Below, one piece after another: positions 62,671 through 64,000 of a stretch of DNA of 64,000 nt. Both the position numbers and the translations under genes were made by a program. Below the pieces are notes generated by a model that saw only the letters and a program-made list of their open reading frames with translations, did no database searches and was not told where the DNA came from. Source of the DNA: Felis catus (taxonomy: Eukaryota); assembly GCF_018350175.1 (NCBI RefSeq), contig NC_058373.1, positions 111,168,001-111,232,000 of the forward strand. The letters are read 5' to 3'. The first letter of the stretch is position 1. Each line of letters starts with the position of its first letter.

Positions 62671-62772
62671 AGACAACTTCTCTTAGAGCATAAGGGACGA
62701 AAAGAAATCAAATAAAACTTAGAATTTCTAGTCACTGTCCGTGGGCAGGGCATGTTGGGTTGGGCCGAAGGC

Positions 62773-62948
62773 CGTGGTATGCTGGTCAACCCCCCTCAGA
62801 AAGCCCTTGTTTCTAACACTTGCCAATGTCCTTGGTGTAAATACTTCTCCCTTGGCTGATTTTAAGACACACCGCGCCGGTAAAATTCCTGAGTGCTTAG
62901 CAACTGCATCTCAGGAGTTGGCACGAGCTGGCTCCACCACCCCCGGCT
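62773..62948 (-). mobile_element. MER63A-like hAT MITE
   Basis: gtggtatgctggt...tggtgtaaatact...gagctggctcca, a reverse match to 24089-24275. Confidence 0.75.
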
Positions 62949-64000
62949 GAAAGTAATTGTTCGTGTCCGTGTGGCACCGCTTGGCCAAGAATGCGTTTTG
63001 CATGAAGTTGGTTCAGTGAAGCCAACCGTGGGCGGGACTCGGCGCGTGCATTCAGGGCTTGGAAATGGTTTCTCCCCTCCGTTTCGCCACCTGCTAACCA
63101 GGGGAGCCAGCCCCTTGCTGCACCCCGGATGACAAGTACGTACATGCTCACCACTCCCCCTGGCCTCCTGAGCATCAAAGACGAAGCTGAAGACCAAAGC
63201 TTCCGGGCAAAGGGAGGCAGTTGCCTGGCTCCTGCTGGAGGAGACTCTGCGGCTGGTTGCCTAAGGGCCTCCTTTCTGAAGCAGAGAGGTGGTGGTGAGA
63301 GGAGAGAAACACCAGGTTAAAGGAGAGGGAAGGGGGCTTCTGAAGCGTTAGAGTTGAGGCGTTAGGGGGAGGCTGGTGAGCTGTGGTCAGTGAGGGCAGA
63401 GCAGAGAGCAGAGCCATCAGGCTAACTGACTGGACAACATTTAGGTTCCTGTCTGGACGGCTCTAGAGACAAAGCCGCAAAGTCAGATGGCTACAGACGC
63501 CGGGCAGATGACTGAGGTGGGCAAATGAGACAAAGCATGAAAAACAGGAGTGGCGGCCACAGTGGTGAACTGTAAGCACACACCCCGCCAAATGACACTG
63601 GCGGGTCGTGGCTTTTTTTGTTTTGCTTGTTAACATCACAGGCCGAACAAAATAGGTCGGTGACCTGGATACGGGCCTCCATTTTGTGAGTTTGGTCAGC
63701 AAGTCTTCCCGGCAAGGTTTAGAAGGCCAGACCCAGAGCGTGGCTTGCCAGGGGCTGAATTCCACCCCCTCCTCGCGTGAGAGGTGGGACACCAGGGGTG
63801 TGAGGGCAGTGGGGTCACCCATCCCGAAGGCAGGCTATCGGGGGTGCATTATTCAGCAAATTCTCAAACAACCATAAAATTAAGATTCAGTCTGTTTTTT
63901 TTTTTTATTGTTCACATGTGCCGGCCAATCTGAACAACGTCAGTGATAAAAATATCCTCCTTGAAAAATTCTTTTGTTGGTCTAAGTTCTACATAATCGC

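Overview
Mammalian genomic DNA, almost certainly cat or another felid: about 45 tRNA-derived CanSINE copies, several of the young SINEC_Fc type, plus carnivore L1 3' ends. I see no intact protein-coding gene, no true RNA gene and no prokaryotic features. Most ORFs in the track are SINE, L1 or microsatellite read-throughs. Much of the window is interspersed repeat (SINEs, L1, MIR, MaLR/ERV LTRs, hAT MITEs). The main non-repeat signal is a probable decayed, intron-containing kinesin-13 (KIF24-like) gene on the minus strand. Two consecutive segments at 17685-17560 and 16320-16226 resemble the KIF24 C-terminal helical tail. A chain of phase-compatible Ser/Pro-rich exon candidates lies at about 18-30 kb. 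A collinear series of heavily eroded motor-domain motifs lies at about 43.9-40.6 kb. These comparisons use the human KIF24 sequence as I recall it and need a real alignment. Other notable items: a 435-bp inverted local copy of an L1/flank junction that replaced the middle of a SINE, an orphan retroposed poly(A) segment with a TSD, several template-switch micro-duplications, a strong CTCF motif and a candidate non-coding exon. Repeat subfamily names are by eye and repeat boundaries are approximate.
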